Below are positions 38,779-48,011 of a stretch of 64,000 bases of DNA, one piece after another (within the stretch, counting starts at the first letter, position 1; each line of letters begins with the position of its first letter). The notes under the pieces were generated by a model. That model was not told where the DNA came from, ran no database searches, and saw only the letters and a list, made by a program, of their open reading frames with translations. Position numbers and translations under genes: made by a program. Source of the stretch: a virus; IMG/VR virus record IMGVR_UViG_3300017971_000264, positions 14,056-78,055 of that record. One strand, given 5' to 3'.

Positions 38779-41412
38779 ATGAACCTTCGAGATTGGTATT
38801 ACAAACAGATTGTAACTCAGGGAGACCTGGATGAGGCTTTCGAGTGGGCGGAAGATGCGGACCGCGAAATCGTGATGGATCTCGGTTTCAGTGGAATCGT
38901 CTCGAACTACACGCCGACCGAGACTCCGACGCCGGGAATGGCCATCAGGGTCGGCGGCCCAGGTGTGGCATTCGGTAAGAGTGGAGAGCGCATCCAGTTG
39001 GTGAACACGGAAGACGTTGACGCCTCGGTGGATGAGTATGGCTCCTCGACCGCGGTGGCGTCGTCCGGAAACGAGAAGTACATCTCGTTGTTCGTGAGAT
39101 TTGCACGCAACGCCCAGGACCCGGTTGTGGATGGGAACGGTGTCGAGGTCTACACCCGGCAGTACGAGTCCTACACTCTGTTCATCAGGCAGGGTGCGGA
39201 AGCTGCGGTTGGGGCAGCCACGAAGCCGGCCTTGCTCGGAGATGCGTTGCTCATCGGCGATGTTCTTCTGAGCTACGGCCAGACGGAGATCAACACGGGA
39301 GACATTCTCAAGGATCGTCGAGAGGACTTTTTCCGTGAGACGTACTCCACGCTTGGAGACAAGACGTTTGGCGACGTGCATTCTGCTTTGCAGGATCTGT
39401 ACACGGTGCTGGAGTCTTGGAGCGGCTCGTTGCCGTTCACCTTCGGCCAGCAGTGGGCTGGTTCGGTAGATGTTGCTGGCCCGGCGCCGCCGCCGAACAC
39501 AATGCAGAAGGCTCTTGACGCCATAGTTTACGACCTGGCGAAAGTGACGACTGACTCCGGACTCAAGAAGATCGGTGCCGAGGGGTACACAACGGGTGGA
39601 AGCCACGTCACTTGGGGCGATACGACAGCGTATGCGGCATTGGTCGCCACAGCGGATGCCATCGACGGACACGTCGCCGGCGGAGCGCCGAACCACGCAG
39701 CAACGGCCATCACATTCTCGGACGAGACGTGGATTACAGGAGCTACGGTTCAAGCAGCGTTTGCCTCCATCGTTACTGCACTTGCCAGTCAGGTGAATGG
39801 TACAGAGGGAGCGTCAAGAATTGGCGTGTCTGTTCATGACTACATGCCGTCGGGAACTCTTCAGGCTGGACTAGAAGCGATCATTGAAGAACTTCAGAAG
39901 CAGCCGGCGACTGGAGCTTCAGGATCAGACCAGGTTGGCGTGAAAGCCATCTCGGTGACATCCGGAACCCTTGGTTGGGGGATTGTGCAGAACACGTTGA
40001 CGCAGTTCCTCCAGTCTCTCATCAACATCATTGGAGGAAACAGCACAGCAAATGACGGAGCCTCCAGGGTTGGTTTCTACGATGGAACCACGCCGAGCGA
40101 TGTGCGCTCAGCGCTCCAGACTCTCCAGGCCGGAGTTACCAACAGCGTTGCGAAGTCTTCGAAGGACTACCAAGGCGGTGGACTGCATGAGCAAGCTGAG
40201 TTGATCGTGAGGCAGGGGCGAGTATCCATGCTTCCGAAGAACCTCGGTTACTCTGGATTGGCGTCAAATATATTCGGAGATGCCCACAGCGGGTATCCAT
40301 GGCTGGGAGAAAATGCCCACGCTCCGGACTCTTCATATCAATTCAAAGACATTGGGATCATGAATCACGACTTTGGGGATGGGTATGGAAGTAGGCCAGG
40401 AATAGTTTACGTATACAGCACGGGACCGACAGGAAACAACTTTGCCCTGCTGTACGATCCACACAACAAGAGCGCAGGTCCGGTCATCAGCACGAATATC
40501 TACGCAAGTGCAGGGGTGGCAGCATCGGCAGCGATCTGTGACGGGTCTGCTCTTGTGGTCATGTTCGACGATGATACGTTGCGCAGATTCGCCATTACGG
40601 GTGGAGCATTCGTAGAAGACACGTCGTTTTCATGGCCTGTGAGTTTGCCGGCAGGCGGTGTTGCGAGCGACCAGAAAGATGCGCTTTGTTTCATTGGCGG
40701 AAGCAACATCTTCGTGGTTTGCGGAGCGCTTGCGATGAACGCCGCCACAGGCCCGTTTATCATCTACAACAAGGAAGGAGTGCAGCAGAGCGAAGGGCCA
40801 GGTGGCAGAAGCAGCGCAACGGAGTACTCAGATGGAGGTATTTGCTACGACGGTACGGATGTTTACGTGTCGACGCTCGACGGAACCACGGCAAGAGTGT
40901 GTGCGGTAAGCACAGCGAACTGTGCGAACGGTGGTTCCAACGGACCGTGGGCGCAGTCGGGCAACACTCGTGTTCGCTCTTTGCTTTGGGATGGTCGAGC
41001 GATCTGGGTACCGGCGAGACTCCAGGATGGAACCACCGCGGTGCGCCTTGGAAACATCGTCGATCCCTCCGGAACGCCGGATTACAACCCGCTGGAGTTC
41101 AAGCTGGCTTACACTGGTGGCACATCGGCGCAGCATCATCCGCTGTACATGGTCTTCGACGGAATGAACGTCTGGTGTCAGAGTGAGGACGATGACACGA
41201 ACGACTATCTGTACATCGAGAAATTCCCGGTGATGAGGGTCGATGATAAGAACGACAACAAGGAAAGCTCGGAGGTCTTACGCCTGGTTGACGGCTGGGC
41301 TTCAGGATCTTATGCGCCGGCGAGAATGCTCTTCGATGGAATCCATATCCATGGAGCGTTTGCGAGAAACGTCGACGATACCATCAGGGTGCCGTTTATA
41401 AACCACCGATAA
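38779..41412 (+). CDS. Long tail fibre with C-terminal beta-propeller-like region
   Basis: YYKQIVTQGDL N-terminus; GASRIG-type repeats; repeated (F/Y/W)DG blades. Confidence 0.8.
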   Translation: MNLRDWYYKQIVTQGDLDEAFEWAEDADREIVMDLGFSGIVSNYTPTETPTPGMAIRVGGPGVAFGKSGERIQLVNTEDVDASVDEYGSSTAVASSGNEKYISLFVRFARNAQDPVVDGNGVEVYTRQYESYTLFIRQGAEAAVGAATKPALLGDALLIGDVLLSYGQTEINTGDILKDRREDFFRETYSTLGDKTFGDVHSALQDLYTVLESWSGSLPFTFGQQWAGSVDVAGPAPPPNTMQKALDAIVYDLAKVTTDSGLKKIGAEGYTTGGSHVTWGDTTAYAALVATADAIDGHVAGGAPNHAATAITFSDETWITGATVQAAFASIVTALASQVNGTEGASRIGVSVHDYMPSGTLQAGLEAIIEELQKQPATGASGSDQVGVKAISVTSGTLGWGIVQNTLTQFLQSLINIIGGNSTANDGASRVGFYDGTTPSDVRSALQTLQAGVTNSVAKSSKDYQGGGLHEQAELIVRQGRVSMLPKNLGYSGLASNIFGDAHSGYPWLGENAHAPDSSYQFKDIGIMNHDFGDGYGSRPGIVYVYSTGPTGNNFALLYDPHNKSAGPVISTNIYASAGVAASAAICDGSALVVMFDDDTLRRFAITGGAFVEDTSFSWPVSLPAGGVASDQKDALCFIGGSNIFVVCGALAMNAATGPFIIYNKEGVQQSEGPGGRSSATEYSDGGICYDGTDVYVSTLDGTTARVCAVSTANCANGGSNGPWAQSGNTRVRSLLWDGRAIWVPARLQDGTTAVRLGNIVDPSGTPDYNPLEFKLAYTGGTSAQHHPLYMVFDGMNVWCQSEDDDTNDYLYIEKFPVMRVDDKNDNKESSEVLRLVDGWASGSYAPARMLFDGIHIHGAFARNVDDTIRVPFINHR

Positions 41413-41699
41413 CCTGGATACTTATCCGCCATCCACCAGAAACCTGCTTGAAGTCCATGTGAGCGTAGGCTTGCGTATCCAACGTGTACGCTGAGATAGT
41501 TCTCCCCTTTATCCTCATATTCAAAACGCGAGAACGTCCAACACGATACATCCGGGAATTTGCGGCACTGTAATTCCTGAAAACCATACGTACACAACGA
41601 CTTAGGAGATACAGCCTGATGGAACAACGGTCACTTCTCGATGCATATCCGGATGTTTCCGGATGCCAGCCAAATACCATGCCAAACAATGTGAATAAT

Positions 41700-41775
41700 A
41701 AAGCAAAACATGCAAAAGAAAAAAATGCTTTAAAAAACAAAAATAACTTGCAAACGCGGGCAAACATGCTAGGTT
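41700..41775 (+). promoter_or_regulatory. Early promoter P1 with A-tract UP element
   Basis: TTGCAA (41748), 16 bp, TAGGTT (41770) with TGn extension. Confidence 0.7.
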
Positions 41776-41817
41776 TAACTTATGAACTCAAGCACACCAA
41801 AACAAGAGAGCAAAAAC

Positions 41818-42063
41818 ATGAGCAAAAATGAACTGATAGAAAAAGCAAGGCAAGCGCATTCATCCAGCCCAATCCAAGAGGGTGTTGTTGTCTGGGGCGG
41901 ACCCAAACACAACGTTCTGGGCAAAGTCACAAAGGTGGAGTTCTGGAAGAACTTTCCTCATGTGATGGTGGAGATAGAGCATGGCGAATCGATTGGACTT
42001 CGCGGTGTGTCAATATACAACGTCAAAGACTGCGAAATCTTTGAAGAAGTGGTGGGTGCCTAA
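41818..42063 (+). CDS. Small early hypothetical protein (alternative start 41782)
   Basis: First ORF after P1. Confidence 0.7.
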   Translation: MSKNELIEKARQAHSSSPIQEGVVVWGGPKHNVLGKVTKVEFWKNFPHVMVEIEHGESIGLRGVSIYNVKDCEIFEEVVGA

Positions 42064-42384
42064 ATGTCGAACCAAGAGAAAAGAAGCTTCACGATTTGGA
42101 AGTTCACGGGTGTGTTCAACAGCAAGACTATCGAAATAGCAAAGCCCACTGAGCCGGAAGAGGAGAGATTCCAACATGGTTTTCAGACCATACTGGGAAC
42201 GGTGGAGGCCAATGATAAGGACGATGCACTACGGATCTGGAAAGAGAGATCATTGAATAACAGCCAGGTAGCAGCATACCGCTGTCCCATTTGCCTGGAG
42301 GATACAATCGAAGAGAATGCCGGGCGAGTGTGTCCGGTATGTGGCGGATACCCGGACGAAGCAGGCGGGTGGAAAGAAATCTAA
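42064..42384 (+). CDS. Zinc-ribbon protein
   Basis: CPIC...CPVC. Confidence 0.75.
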   Translation: MSNQEKRSFTIWKFTGVFNSKTIEIAKPTEPEEERFQHGFQTILGTVEANDKDDALRIWKERSLNNSQVAAYRCPICLEDTIEENAGRVCPVCGGYPDEAGGWKEI

Positions 42385-42395
42385 GGAGGAAGCCG

Positions 42396-43388
42396 ATGAC
42401 GAAGACAGAGACAATCAAGGTTCTGAATGAAGCGCTGACGGACAAGGACATGAAGGAGCATCTGCTCGGACACTTCGTGGGCTGGTCGCTCACCGGTGTC
42501 AGCACCACGAAGACGGAGGCCATCAGGGTCGCCGCGGAGTGTGGCATTGCAGAATTCCTGAAGGTTCCCAACATCACACCGCCATGTGCGTATCTCAGGG
42601 CGGTCAGGGACCAGACCACGGGAGTGTCGGACACGAAGCAGTTCGAGCCGATCCTTTTGGAGAACAATGAGTTCAAGCAGGTCCATGCCATCGTGGAGCG
42701 CTCGGTGGTCGAAGCGGCACTGGCGAGCGGACAGATCACGAGAGAAGAGACCGACGCTGCGGACTTCGTGGCAGGGAAAGAGGCCCACTTCGATGAGGTG
42801 GTTCGAGTTGCTTTTGACAAGAAGAAGTACAACGCCGGCGGCGTGACAGCGGAGTGCTTCGTTGCAGGAAACGACAGCGACGTGGCCAACGAGATCTTCG
42901 AGTCGTACAAGCAGGCGTGTGACACCATTCGTCCCAACGATGTACGGATCGCCTTCCAGCGAGCGTTCGAAGCTTGGGACGGTGTACGAGTCATCGACCA
43001 CGGTGGAATGTGGTGGATTCCTTCACACCGAACCAGCGAGGTAGAAGGCTGGGAACGATTCCTGAAGGCCCTCGGTGGTCAGCCGGTCATCATTCCCATC
43101 TTCAGCACGGACAAGGCGAAGGAGACCATGAAGCGCATGGTCGAGAACAGCGCGGTGCAGCAGGTGAAATCTCTCAAGGCCAAGGTCGAGAAGTTCGATG
43201 AAAAGACCAGAGAGTCCACCATCGAGAAGCGCATGGACGATCTCAAGAACCTCCGGACGAAGTTGGAGGTCTGGCGCCGCTACTTCGAGGTCGAGACCAA
43301 TGACATCGCGGAAGCCATCCAGGACCTTGAGAAGCAGGGTGTGGACATCATCATGGCTCGCTCTTCCCAGTCCGAACCCGCCGCGTAA
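42396..43388 (+). CDS. DUF6744-like protein
   Basis: Strong SD; LLGHFVGWSL N-terminus, GGMWWIP, C-terminal coiled coil; family recalled from motif. Confidence 0.6.
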   Translation: MTKTETIKVLNEALTDKDMKEHLLGHFVGWSLTGVSTTKTEAIRVAAECGIAEFLKVPNITPPCAYLRAVRDQTTGVSDTKQFEPILLENNEFKQVHAIVERSVVEAALASGQITREETDAADFVAGKEAHFDEVVRVAFDKKKYNAGGVTAECFVAGNDSDVANEIFESYKQACDTIRPNDVRIAFQRAFEAWDGVRVIDHGGMWWIPSHRTSEVEGWERFLKALGGQPVIIPIFSTDKAKETMKRMVENSAVQQVKSLKAKVEKFDEKTRESTIEKRMDDLKNLRTKLEVWRRYFEVETNDIAEAIQDLEKQGVDIIMARSSQSEPAA

Positions 43389-43399
43389 AAACACCGATT

Positions 43400-43468
43400 C
43401 CCTTTAATTATAAAAAAACGTTTTATTTTTAAAAAATTACTTGCAAAAGTAGGTAATAATGTTAGGTT
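43400..43468 (+). promoter_or_regulatory. Early promoter P2, paralogue of P1
   Basis: TTGCAA (43441), 16 bp, TAGGTT (43463); AT-rich upstream. Confidence 0.7.
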
Positions 43469-43510
43469 ATATGTATGAACTCAAACACACCAAACAAATT
43501 GGAGGAAATC

Positions 43511-43768
43511 ATGAGCCACGACGAAAATATCCAAAGCGCAATGGTAGCCCTTTTCAATCTCGCAAACGACGCCGTGAACGGCATGGAAGCAGACGAGCTT
43601 GGAGAAACGGTTCAAGAGATAGCCGAACTCATGGAAGAGGGAATGGGGACCACGGTCGATAAAGCGGTCACCTTTGAAGATGCCGGCGTCATGACGTGTC
43701 AGCAAGGGATTGTTCTTCGCAATGCTGACGGCTCCGAGTTTCAGATCACAATCGTTCGCTCAAGGTAG
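43511..43768 (+). CDS. Small acidic phage protein (alternative start 43475)
   Basis: SD GGAGG; TFEDAGVMT...GIVLR..DGSEFQITIVRS. Confidence 0.8.
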   Translation: MSHDENIQSAMVALFNLANDAVNGMEADELGETVQEIAELMEEGMGTTVDKAVTFEDAGVMTCQQGIVLRNADGSEFQITIVRSR

Positions 43769-43797
43769 CGAAATCATAAAGGAAAGGAACAAAAAAC

Positions 43798-44985
43798 ATG
43801 AGCAGTGCAATCGAAAGACTCGCAGCGGTGCGTGAAGAATTGAAGTCGAAGTTCAAGGAGAGGGAGCAGGTGGTCGATGGTCTATTCATCGCGCTGATCG
43901 CCATGCAGAACGTTTTGCTTCTGGGGCCTCCGGGAACAGGGAAGTCACTCCTGGTCCGGAAGTTCTACGAGACGATCACCCCAGACGCGATGGGTGATAT
44001 GGCCAAGGGTGGTTTTTTCCAGTTCCTCATGGGCAAGTTCACGCTGATGGACGACATCTTTGGGCCGGTGTCGTTCGAGGGATTGAAGAAGGACAAGCTC
44101 AGAAGGGTGACGAGTATGCGTCTTCCGGAGGCGTCGGTGTTCTTCGCAGACGAGATCTTCAAGTCGTCGCCAGCTATTCTCCAGTCGTTGCTGATGGCGC
44201 TGGAGGAGCGAATGTTCGTGAATGGTGATGGGGCTGAGGAGATGCCCCTGGAAATCACCGTGGGAGCGTCGAACGAATACCCAGACGACGACGAAGGGCT
44301 GGAGGCTTTGTTCGACAGGTTTACTGTTCGCTTCTGGGTGGAATACATCTCTGACAGAGACAACATGGAAGCGCTTCTTGTGGACGGCGTGAGCGACATC
44401 GAGAACCACCTGGAGGATGGAGACATCGAAGAGCTTCGCGAGATTGCCGAGACCATCCCACTGGAAGGCGTTCCAGTCGGCCTCCTGCTGGATGTGAAGG
44501 CGGGAATCAAGGACGCAGGGTTCACGGTGTCAGACAGGCGGTGGGTCAAAGCCAAGGCCATTCTGAGAGCCTCAGCGGTAATCAACGGTAGAAAGCACAT
44601 CACACCGGAGGATTTCAGGGCGCTGTCCAATAGCCTGTGGGACCAGCACACGGACAAGGACAGAATGAGCAAGGTGATTGGCCTGGCGGCAGACCCCTTC
44701 GGTTACAAGGCGCTTGCTATCTCCGACTTGGCAGACGCAGCGGTTCGGAGTCTTCCGGATCTGGCCCTGCTCGAACAGAAGCCAGCCCATGAACTGGTGG
44801 CGGATGTGACCAAGGTGTCCGGACAGCTTCAGGACATGAGGAAGAAACTCAACCAGTTGACGAAAGACGCTTTGGACGCGGGAGTGGATGCTCCTCCGCA
44901 AGTGGTAGAGGCGTGCAAAAAGGTGGATGGCGCCATGAGCCTTTGCGAGAAACGTTCGATTGAGCTGATTCGCTCAGGGAGCTAG
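43798..44985 (+). CDS. MoxR/RavA-type AAA+ ATPase
   Basis: Walker A GPPGTGKS, Walker B FFADEIFK, ASNE, ALFDRF, SDRRW. Confidence 0.92.
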   Translation: MSSAIERLAAVREELKSKFKEREQVVDGLFIALIAMQNVLLLGPPGTGKSLLVRKFYETITPDAMGDMAKGGFFQFLMGKFTLMDDIFGPVSFEGLKKDKLRRVTSMRLPEASVFFADEIFKSSPAILQSLLMALEERMFVNGDGAEEMPLEITVGASNEYPDDDEGLEALFDRFTVRFWVEYISDRDNMEALLVDGVSDIENHLEDGDIEELREIAETIPLEGVPVGLLLDVKAGIKDAGFTVSDRRWVKAKAILRASAVINGRKHITPEDFRALSNSLWDQHTDKDRMSKVIGLAADPFGYKALAISDLADAAVRSLPDLALLEQKPAHELVADVTKVSGQLQDMRKKLNQLTKDALDAGVDAPPQVVEACKKVDGAMSLCEKRSIELIRSGS

Positions 44986-44987
44986 TC

Positions 44988-46451
44988 ATGACCCACGTTT
45001 ATCAGACATCGGAATTCCAGGAGGCGCTGTGGAAGGTTCACGAATCTGGTGAACCGGCGTCGAGGGAGGCCGTGGCCAAGGGAGAGGGCAAGTACGACAA
45101 CTTCGATGACTTCGCTGCGGAGGTCTTCGCCAGGGCGTTCACCGGTGACAAGGTGGAGCGTTCGGAAGAAGTGGCAGACCATATGCGATGGGCGCAGAAG
45201 GCTCACGAGGCCCTTGGTATCGGCGAGGGGAAGGCTCTCCTGGAGCGTTGCGAGGGAAACAACTGGTGGGCAGGCATGGCAGCCACGAGCTTCATGAAGT
45301 CGTTCATGGAGAAGGTTGCCCACTCGAAAGAGAAGGTGGAGGACCCCACGAAGGACGAAGAGGTGGCAGAGTACCTCCGGAGGTTGGCGGTCACACAGAA
45401 GGATGAGGCGCTGAAAGAGAGCATCGAGCAGCAGGCACAGCAGGCTCAATCCAGGGCAGACGCAAAGAGAAAGCACAGCGTTGATGCGGGAGACCTGATT
45501 GATCCTTTGGAGGTCAGGAACGCAGCACGCGAGGCGGCGATCAAGGTCAACGAGGCTATCGACGCGGTAGATACGATAATCGATGGAGTTGGCCTGGCCG
45601 CCGGCGAGGGACTTCATTCCGGGAGAGATGGACGGAACAATATGGGTAAGAAGTTGGCGAAAGTGGTCGCCAACAACCCCAGGATCTTCAAGATCATGGA
45701 GCTGGCGGGTCGCCTTCGCAGGATCGCGGTGAACAAGCAGAAGTCGAAACCGAAGAAGAGCCACGGATGCTTCACAGGTATCGAGATGGGAGCGGACTTC
45801 AGTAGGGTTGTGCCGAGCGAGATGATGGACGCGATGGACCCGGTGAGAGAGGTCCTTTTTGCACGGAAGCTCATGAACAAGTCGCTTCTCCAGTACGAGA
45901 CAAAGACCAGGGAGAAAGAGGCCAAGGGGCCGATTGTGATGCTGCTCGATAAGTCCGCGTCGATGAATGCCAACGATGCGGACTCGTGGGCGGCGGCGGT
46001 GGCTATGGCCTTCATGGAGATCGCAGCAAGGCAGAAGAGAGCGTTCTGCGTGATGATGTTCGGTGTGGGAGTTGTGGGAGAGCTTGAAATACTCCCTGGG
46101 GAGTACAGCGAAAAGGTATCGAAACTCATGGAGATCGTCGGACGGAAGGCGAGCGAAGGCGGCACATCGTTTGAGGGGCCGATCACGAAGGCCGTAGAGA
46201 AGGTGAAAAAACAGAAGGTATTCGAGAAGGCTGACATCGTGATGGTGACGGATGGAGCCTGCCATGTGACAGACCAGTGGCTGATGGGGTTTGACTCTGC
46301 GAAGTCGTCCTTGAAGTTCAGCTTCTGGAGCATCCTGGTGGGAAATGCCGGCGGACAACACACGGTCGAGAAGTTCAGCGATGATGTTGTCTTCCTGGCC
46401 AATGCGATTGCGGATGATGAGAAGATGCATCACCTGTTTGCGGAGGTTTGA
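44988..46451 (+). CDS. ViaA-like von Willebrand A domain protein
   Basis: KGPIVMLLDKSASM (MIDAS), GGTSF, VTDG. Confidence 0.9.
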   Translation: MTHVYQTSEFQEALWKVHESGEPASREAVAKGEGKYDNFDDFAAEVFARAFTGDKVERSEEVADHMRWAQKAHEALGIGEGKALLERCEGNNWWAGMAATSFMKSFMEKVAHSKEKVEDPTKDEEVAEYLRRLAVTQKDEALKESIEQQAQQAQSRADAKRKHSVDAGDLIDPLEVRNAAREAAIKVNEAIDAVDTIIDGVGLAAGEGLHSGRDGRNNMGKKLAKVVANNPRIFKIMELAGRLRRIAVNKQKSKPKKSHGCFTGIEMGADFSRVVPSEMMDAMDPVREVLFARKLMNKSLLQYETKTREKEAKGPIVMLLDKSASMNANDADSWAAAVAMAFMEIAARQKRAFCVMMFGVGVVGELEILPGEYSEKVSKLMEIVGRKASEGGTSFEGPITKAVEKVKKQKVFEKADIVMVTDGACHVTDQWLMGFDSAKSSLKFSFWSILVGNAGGQHTVEKFSDDVVFLANAIADDEKMHHLFAEV

Positions 46452-46452
46452 G

Positions 46453-46851
46453 ATGAGCGAATGGATTGTCACTCCAGGCGGCAAGAGAATCCGGAAGGAA
46501 GATGTCGACCTGGAGGAAAAGAGAGAACGAGAGAGAGCAGATAAGGCGGCACTTGCCAGAGACCAGCAGATGAAGGCCAAAGTGAAGAGGGCCAACGAAC
46601 TTCTTTTGGAGATGAAAGATCTGTCCGAGAAACTTCTGGAAGGCACGCTGCCGAAAGGTAGCAATGTCGAGGCCATGAGCAGGTGCGCGGAGAACGCCAT
46701 GGAGGCGATGGAGCTTGGAGAAGGCACTGTCATGGAGCTTCAGATCAATGGTGCGACTGCGCTCATCATGACACGGATTGTGAGATGGAGTGTTGAGAAG
46801 CTCGGGTCAGGCCCGGTCTTCATCAGCATGGGAATAGGAGGCGACGCGTGA
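46453..46851 (+). CDS. Hypothetical protein
   Basis: ATG after GGAGG. Confidence 0.7.
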   Translation: MSEWIVTPGGKRIRKEDVDLEEKRERERADKAALARDQQMKAKVKRANELLLEMKDLSEKLLEGTLPKGSNVEAMSRCAENAMEAMELGEGTVMELQINGATALIMTRIVRWSVEKLGSGPVFISMGIGGDA

Positions 46852-47156
46852 GAGACAAAGAAAGATCATACTTGTTGCAGCTCCAGACGCACATGGTGAG
46901 CTGGATTGAGAAGTTTGATGCGCTGATGAGCGCCGGGAAGGAGGGTGAGGCGATCTCGCAGGTGGATGCTATGCGAGAGCTGATCTCCGACTCCACGCGA
47001 ACCAAAGCGACTTTTTCAGCCGAGACTATCGATAAGCTAGAGCCGCTCTGGGACACCGTAGAGGCTCTTCGCGAGGCTGCAACAACACACAACGCTGACA
47101 AGGCGAACGAGGCTACACGGGCGGTACTGAAGGCCGTAGAGCCATTCTGGCCGTGA
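46848..47156 (+). CDS. Hypothetical helical protein
   Basis: GTGA overlap; SD AGGAGG. Confidence 0.7.
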   Translation: MRDKERSYLLQLQTHMVSWIEKFDALMSAGKEGEAISQVDAMRELISDSTRTKATFSAETIDKLEPLWDTVEALREAATTHNADKANEATRAVLKAVEPFWP

Positions 47157-47166
47157 AACACAAAGG

Positions 47167-47182
47167 AGTTTCACGTGAAACG
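47167..47182. promoter_or_regulatory. parS-like palindrome
   Basis: GTTTCACGTGAAAC (47168-47181); 14/16 match to TGTTTCACGTGAAACA; intergenic. Confidence 0.65.
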
Positions 47183-47199
47183 GGTGGGTGTTTCACGCA

Positions 47200-47249
47200 G
47201 ACTTTAAAAAGAACAAAAAACTTGCAAAAACAAGTAATGTGAGTATTAT
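47200..47249 (+). promoter_or_regulatory. Early promoter P3
   Basis: A-tracts, TTGCAA (47222), 16 bp, TATTAT (47244). Confidence 0.7.
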
Positions 47250-47288
47250 AAAAGAAAAGACACAAAACACAGCAACACGGGAGACAAC

Positions 47289-47657
47289 ATGAGCAAACAG
47301 CAATATCCACGAAACGCGAATCCGAATACATACGCGAAGTGCATTGTGAGGGACGCAGCCGTTCACGGGACCATTGGAGAGACGTTGGGTAAGCCGAAGA
47401 ACGAGTACGAGCCTTTTCATCGCGGAGAGATCGTGGAGGTGACACGCTTTGTTTCTCCTCACACGATGGCCATATGGGACAGCGCCTGCGGACACGAGCT
47501 GTATGTATCAACGGTGGACTTCGAGGTTGTGACATCGCGTTCCTCGGAGCCGCAATCAGTAGGAGAGGTAGCAGAAAAAGAACTCAAGAAGATGGAGGAA
47601 GAGGGCGGAGTTTTGCCGTTTCCCCCTTTTGGTCAAAACGGACAAAACGACAGATAG
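47289..47657 (+). CDS. Hypothetical protein
   Basis: SD GGGAG; follows P3. Confidence 0.7.
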   Translation: MSKQQYPRNANPNTYAKCIVRDAAVHGTIGETLGKPKNEYEPFHRGEIVEVTRFVSPHTMAIWDSACGHELYVSTVDFEVVTSRSSEPQSVGEVAEKELKKMEEEGGVLPFPPFGQNGQNDR

Positions 47658-47671
47658 GGACCGTGAAACGT

Positions 47672-47698
47672 TTGACAAATGAACGTTTTTGGTAGAAT
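47672..47698 (+). promoter_or_regulatory. Promoter of the HTH gene
   Basis: TTGACA plus extended -10 TGnTAGAAT (15-bp spacer); overlapped by AACGTT at 47667 and 47682. Confidence 0.5.
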
Positions 47699-47724
47699 GT
47701 AGATGAAAGCGGAATGAGAAAGAA

Positions 47725-48000
47725 ATGGAAGAAAAAGACATGGCTGGCGGAAAAAACAAAGAAAGTGTGAATGTAGCGGCACGTGTGAACATGCTGCTCA
47801 CAGCAAAGGGTATGAAAGTTTCGGAGCTGGCCAGGGAGATGGGGCGCACTCCTCAGTCACTGGCGCACTTGCTGAAACGGAACGACCCTACGACTTCCCA
47901 GATGGCGGAACTGGCGAAGGCGTTGGACACTGACATTCAGATGCTTCTTACCCCGGTCACGGCGGAAGAGTACGGGAGGTTGATGCTAGACAATCTCTAG
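47725..48000 (+). CDS. XRE/Cro-like HTH regulator
   Basis: KGMKVSELAREMGRTPQSLAHLL...PT....ELAKALD. Confidence 0.88.
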   Translation: MEEKDMAGGKNKESVNVAARVNMLLTAKGMKVSELAREMGRTPQSLAHLLKRNDPTTSQMAELAKALDTDIQMLLTPVTAEEYGRLMLDNL

Positions 48001-48011
48001 CGGACTCCTTG

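Noticed and set aside
38779-41412. Diversity-generating retroelement targeting the tail fibre
   Set aside because: No reverse transcriptase or TR/VR repeat pair seen in the window
41310-41831. ORFs 41310..41627 (-), 41396..41767 (-) and 41619..41831 (+)
   Set aside because: They overlap the fibre gene end or the promoter A-tracts, lack a convincing SD and have atypical composition; not called
43451-43478. Resemblance to a dif/Xer site (ATAATGTTAGGTTATATGT)
   Set aside because: Arm spacing and the XerD arm do not fit; better explained as promoter P2
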